Positions 43,673 to 44,935 of a DNA stretch of 44,935 nt are shown piece after piece. Below the pieces are notes generated by a model. It worked only from the letters and a program-made list of their open reading frames with translations. It made no database searches and was not told the origin of the DNA. The DNA is from a virus. Lineage: Duplodnaviria > Heunggongvirae > Uroviricota > Caudoviricetes. Position 1 is the first letter of the stretch, and each line of letters begins with the position of its first letter. The DNA is taken from the IMG/VR virus record IMGVR_UViG_643348551_000004. One strand, written 5' to 3'. A program made the position numbers and the translations under genes.

Positions 43673-44247
43673 TGGCATTCAGAATGAGTGAACAACCACG
43701 GACCATAAAAATTTATAATCTGCTGGCCGGAACTAATGAATTTATTGGTGAAGGTGACGCATATATTCCGCCTCATACAGGTCTGCCAGCAAACAGTACC
43801 GATATTGCACCACCAGATATTCCTGCTGGCTTTGTGGCTGTTTTCAACAGTGATAAGGCATCGTGGCATCTCGTTGAAGACCATCGGGGTAAAACGGTTT
43901 ATGACGTAGCGTCAGGGGACGCGTTATTTATTTCTGAACTCGGTCCGTTACCGGAAAATGTTACCTGGTTATCGCCGGAAGGGGAGTTTCAGAAGTGGAA
44001 CGGCACAGCCTGGGTGAAAGATGCAGAAGCAGAAAAACTGTTCCGGATCCGAGAGGCGGAAGAAACAAAAAACAGCCTGATGCAGGTAGCCAGTGAGCAT
44101 ATTGCGCCACTTCAGGATGCTGTAGATCTGGAAATCGCAACGGAGGAAGAAACCTCATTGCTGGAAGCCTGGAAAAAGTATCGGGTGTTGCTGAACCGTG
44201 TTGATACGTCAACTGCACAGGATATTGAATGGCCAGCACTGCCGTAG
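43672..44247 (+). CDS. tfa: Tail fibre assembly chaperone Tfa
   Basis: 191 aa directly after stf (start overlaps the stf stop). Confidence 0.85.
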   Translation: MAFRMSEQPRTIKIYNLLAGTNEFIGEGDAYIPPHTGLPANSTDIAPPDIPAGFVAVFNSDKASWHLVEDHRGKTVYDVASGDALFISELGPLPENVTWLSPEGEFQKWNGTAWVKDAEAEKLFRIREAEETKNSLMQVASEHIAPLQDAVDLEIATEEETSLLEAWKKYRVLLNRVDTSTAQDIEWPALP

Positions 44248-44344
44248 GGTAAAACATATAAATTCTATAATTAGATGTATCTTTCCATTTACGGCAAGGA
44301 AGGGGGCTTGGAAGACGTAAAGCATCTCACACCGAGATTATTTT

Positions 44345-44935
44345 TTATATGTCAGGTGTCTGAAGTTTTGCTTTGGCTCTTAAAATGGTTTGCCGCGAGG
44401 TTTTGAATTCCCGGGCAATGGCACTTATACTTACACCTGACTTAATTCGTTCGAATGCCACCTGTTTCTGTTCTTCATTTAACACAGGTGGTCGACCAAA
44501 ACGTTTCCCTGCGCCGCGGGCTCTTACTATCCCGGAATGAGTGCGTTCAAGTAAAAGGTCTCGTTCAAATTCAGCGACTGCTGAAATTACGTGCATCATC
44601 ATTTTTCCTGTTGGACTGGTCAGGTCAATGCCCCCCAATGCTAAGCAATGCACTCTGATACCTGTTTCGGTCAGTTGTTCCACTGTTTTCCTGATATCCA
44701 TTGCATTACAACCAAGGCGATCCAGTTTTGTCACAATCAATTGATCACCACATTTCAGGCGAGCAAGCAACCGGTTAAAACCAGGACGCTCACTGGTTGC
44801 TGCTGAGCCGCTAATGTGTTCTTCGATTATTTGCTGAGGTTTGATTTTAAAACCTGCACTTTCGATTTCCCGGCGTTGATTTTCGATGGTCTGATCCAGC
44901 GTTGATATCCGACAGTAAGCAAAAATTCGAGACAT
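44345..44935 (-). CDS. pin: Serine DNA invertase, Pin/Hin/Gin family
   Basis: 196 aa; N-terminal catalytic-serine motif (YCRISTLDQ); C-terminal HTH; convergent with tfa as in Rac/Qin prophages; start codon is at the window edge. Confidence 0.85.
   Translation of the reverse strand: MSRIFAYCRISTLDQTIENQRREIESAGFKIKPQQIIEEHISGSAATSERPGFNRLLARLKCGDQLIVTKLDRLGCNAMDIRKTVEQLTETGIRVHCLALGGIDLTSPTGKMMMHVISAVAEFERDLLLERTHSGIVRARGAGKRFGRPPVLNEEQKQVAFERIKSGVSISAIAREFKTSRQTILRAKAKLQTPDI

Overview
The window is almost entirely one mosaic lambdoid prophage of an Escherichia-like host, read from the int end towards the tail-fibre end. Left to right: integrase and excisionase (minus strand); an accessory early-left block (TraR-like zinc finger, an AT-rich opposite-strand pair of membrane protein plus small-molecule-type SAM methyltransferase, a PAPS-reductase/PP-loop family protein); lambda-type exo-bet-gam and a Kil-like peptide; a pL-like promoter with operator repeats; a two-gene cassette of unknown function in the cI-downstream (rex) position ending in a terminator; cI and cro with divergent promoters; a 181-aa regulator in the cII position; a hybrid O gene with internal ori iterons; lambda P and ren; a DLP12-type nin region (emrE, large serine recombinase ybcK, two unknown genes, ylcH, ybcN, ninE, ybcO, rusA, ylcG, Q/quuD); an nmpC porin moron; a phage-21-type lysis cassette (pinholin, SAR endolysin, Rz/Rz1); bor; lambda cos; the lambda head and tail genes nu1 through J; lom, a repeat-rich stf, tfa and a Pin-family invertase. 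Lambda and DLP12 identifications rest on recall of those proteins, not on a database search. The most interesting candidates for undescribed function are the rex-position cassette (7456-8175), the early-left accessory block (1363-4863) and the two unknown nin-region genes (14166-14806). No CRISPR array, tRNA or IS element was seen.
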